In this document: piece by piece, positions 62,364 through 64,000 of the stretch
Layout: every line of letters starts with the position of its first letter
Numbering within the stretch: position 1 is the first letter of the stretch
Assembly: GCA_963675495.1 (NCBI GenBank)
Contig: OY776215.1
Location: forward strand, 64,001 to 128,000
DNA: 64,000 nt
Reading direction: 5' to 3'
From: an uncultured Methanolobus sp.
GTDB lineage: Archaea > Halobacteriota > Methanosarcinia > Methanosarcinales > Methanosarcinaceae
Position numbers and translations under genes: made by a program
The notes under the pieces: model-generated
What the model saw: only the letters and a program-made list of their open reading frames with translations
The model's database searches: none
What the model was told of the DNA's origin: nothing

Positions 62364-62588
62364 TTGTTCCCTAGTAAGAAAGTCCAGAAATTAGTTGGAT
62401 CTAAAGTCCAGGTAGAGATGAAAGGTGACCTTCACCTGCTCGAAGGAACTTTAAAAAGTGCAGATGATTATATGAACCTGCATATGGTGGATACTGTAGA
62501 GATAGCAGACGGCGAGCGCCTGCGTTCCCTTGGTTCTGTCGTATTGCGTGGAAATAATATTATTCTTGTTGTTCCGATGGAAGAATAA
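62364..62588 (+). CDS. Sm-like (Lsm/SmAP) RNA-binding protein
   Basis: Sm1 GTLKSADDYMNL and Sm2 VVLRGNNI; TTG start with GAGG RBS. Confidence 0.92.
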   Translation: MFPSKKVQKLVGSKVQVEMKGDLHLLEGTLKSADDYMNLHMVDTVEIADGERLRSLGSVVLRGNNIILVVPMEE

Positions 62589-62607
62589 ACACCCAGTGGA
62601 AACTAAC

Positions 62608-62958
62608 ATGAGTATCGAAGAAGATGCATTGAATATTATTCGAGACAGTAAAGAAGGCGTTTTCCAGAATGAACTCTGGAAAATGCTTAATATCGACAGC
62701 CGTAAATGTTCCCGAGTTGTATCGAAGCTTTTGGATGATGAAGTAATCACCCGGGAGCAAGCTGTTTCTAACGGAGCCAGGACTTACCTTCTTAAGGTTA
62801 AGGAAGAAGAGATTCCTTGTTTTGATCTCCTGTTATCTGGGGATATGTTTTCACCCTGTGCAGGTTGCAGGGATGCATGTCAGCCAGAGTCCTGTGAAAA
62901 GCTCACTGCGTGGGTTGCAAATCTCAATGACAGTGAGAAAGCAGAGGAAATGTGTTGA
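62608..62958 (+). CDS. Winged-helix plus 4-Cys protein (RPC34-like/TFE-beta-like)
   Basis: GVFQNELWKMLNIDSRKCSR wHTH; C-terminal PCAGC...CQPESCEKLTAW; directly after the Sm gene. Confidence 0.75.
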   Translation: MSIEEDALNIIRDSKEGVFQNELWKMLNIDSRKCSRVVSKLLDDEVITREQAVSNGARTYLLKVKEEEIPCFDLLLSGDMFSPCAGCRDACQPESCEKLTAWVANLNDSEKAEEMC

Positions 62959-62964
62959 CACAAG

Positions 62965-62979
62965 CGAAAGGTTTAATAA
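62965..62979 (+). promoter_or_regulatory. BRE/TATA of tRNA-Glu
   Basis: CGAAAG-G-TTTAATAA about 50 nt upstream of the tRNA. Confidence 0.55.
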
Positions 62980-63025
62980 CGATGTCTGTTATGTTGGAGT
63001 CGCTTCACTAAAGCGAAATCAACGT

Positions 63026-63103
63026 GCTCCGGTAGTGTAGTCCGGCCAATCATTCCGGCCTTTCGAGCCGAAGACTCGGGTTCGAATCCCGGCCGGAGCA
63101 CCA
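63026..63103 (+). tRNA. tRNA-Glu(TTC), CCA encoded
   Basis: Acceptor GCTCCGG/CCGGAGC, anticodon TTC at 63062-63064, T-loop TTCGAAT, ACCA end. Confidence 0.96.
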
Positions 63104-63337
63104 TACAATTTTTCAACTAATTCTTTGAAGTTAACATTCATGTTTTCTCACAAATTAATAACTGTTCAACTGTATAGATGTCGTTTTTGTAAAAATTAAT
63201 TAAAATTCAATTTATAGATGTTTTACTGTACGAAAATAATCATAGAGTTCGGCTTTCATCCTGATGAGATGTTCTTTTTGGGTAAGGTAAGTCGGATATA
63301 ATTTCTAATGATCTTTGTACTGTAAGCAGAGGTTTAC

Positions 63338-64000
63338 GTGTCATTTGATAATCTTAATTTAATACACCCGCTGAAGCGGGCTTTGTCCGAAAAAGGGTAC
63401 ACTACTCCTACTCCGATACAGAAACTATCCATTCCACATTTGTTAAATGGTAAAGATATGATCGGTATCGCTCAGACAGGTACAGGCAAGACTGCCGCGT
63501 TCTCATTACCAATCCTTCAAAATATGTCTGCATCATACAAGTCTCCACGTCCGGGAAAACCACGTGTTCTTGTACTTGCACCCACCAGAGAACTTGCAGC
63601 ACAGATCGGGGATAGTTTTGCAACATATGGTCAGTTCACACGATTCAAGCATACGGTCGTATTTGGCGGCGTTGGCCAGAGTCCTCAGGTCAGGGCCCTC
63701 TCAAAGGGCGTAGACATCCTTGTAGCGACTCCGGGCAGATTGCTTGACCTTATGGACCAGGGACATGTGAGACTCTCAGGTGTGGAGTATTTTGTCCTTG
63801 ATGAAGCCGACAGAATGCTTGACATGGGCTTTATTAACGATGTATACAAGGTCGTTGATCTGCTGCCAAACAAACGTCAATCACTTTTCTATTCAGCTAC
63901 TATGTCCCCTGATGTATCCGCGCTTGCCAGGAAATTGCTTACAAATCCTGTTACAGTAGAGGTAACACCACAGGCAACAACAGTGGAACTTATAGACCAG
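63338..64000 (+). CDS. DEAD-box RNA helicase (RhlE-like), 3'-truncated by the window edge; not in the ORF track
   Basis: GTG start with GAGGT RBS; Q motif GYTTPTPIQ, AQTGTGKT, PTRELA, TPGRL, LDEADRMLDMGF, SAT. Confidence 0.93.
   Translation, partial: MSFDNLNLIHPLKRALSEKGYTTPTPIQKLSIPHLLNGKDMIGIAQTGTGKTAAFSLPILQNMSASYKSPRPGKPRVLVLAPTRELAAQIGDSFATYGQFTRFKHTVVFGGVGQSPQVRALSKGVDILVATPGRLLDLMDQGHVRLSGVEYFVLDEADRMLDMGFINDVYKVVDLLPNKRQSLFYSATMSPDVSALARKLLTNPVTVEVTPQATTVELIDQ

Noticed and set aside
562-63873. Numerous antisense or alternate-frame ORFs in the track (for example 562-1170, 19708-20244, 28288-28953, 30449-31042, 50429-50962)
   Set aside because: They are shadows of well-supported genes and have no motifs of their own.
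1-64000. Pyrrolysine (in-frame TAG) readthrough genes
   Set aside because: The TAG-ending genes examined (for example ends at 1707, 4442, 34453 and 50953) are already full length for their families. No methylamine methyltransferase or pyl genes are present.

Overview
Archaeal chromosomal window, AT-rich and mostly housekeeping, from a methanogen. Gene content and sequence style suggest Methanosarcinaceae, possibly Methanolobus (inference). In order it holds: a truncated DUF523/DUF1722 gene; an Fe-S/CCG oxidoreductase; a PKD/PGF-CTERM surface protein; two sodium:solute symporters, each with a tiny upstream membrane peptide missed by the ORF track; iorAB-paaK; an orphan two-gene unit; an AsnB-Dph6 fusion; purSQ; rnhB; a type IV pilus ATPase/platform pair; pheT; an intron-containing tRNA-Arg(TCG); a K+ channel plus RCK gene; a site-2 protease; ftsZ; mch; taw2; an MsvR-like regulator; trm1; a late cobamide operon; ileS; mptE; an ASH-Ski2-like helicase; Sm and TFE-beta-like genes; tRNA-Glu(TTC); and a truncated DEAD-box helicase. 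The main leads are: (1) tandem cobD paralogs, the first lacking the PLP lysine; (2) two partial copies of a ~200-bp IS5-like MITE, one carrying a perfect G-quadruplex motif; (3) a candidate -1 frameshifted small membrane protein at an A-AAA-AAT site; (4) a TTCG-N8-CGAA operator at the MsvR-like promoter; (5) the AsnB-Dph6 fusion. No CRISPR array, rRNA or intact transposase was seen. All calls come from motif recognition, not database searches.
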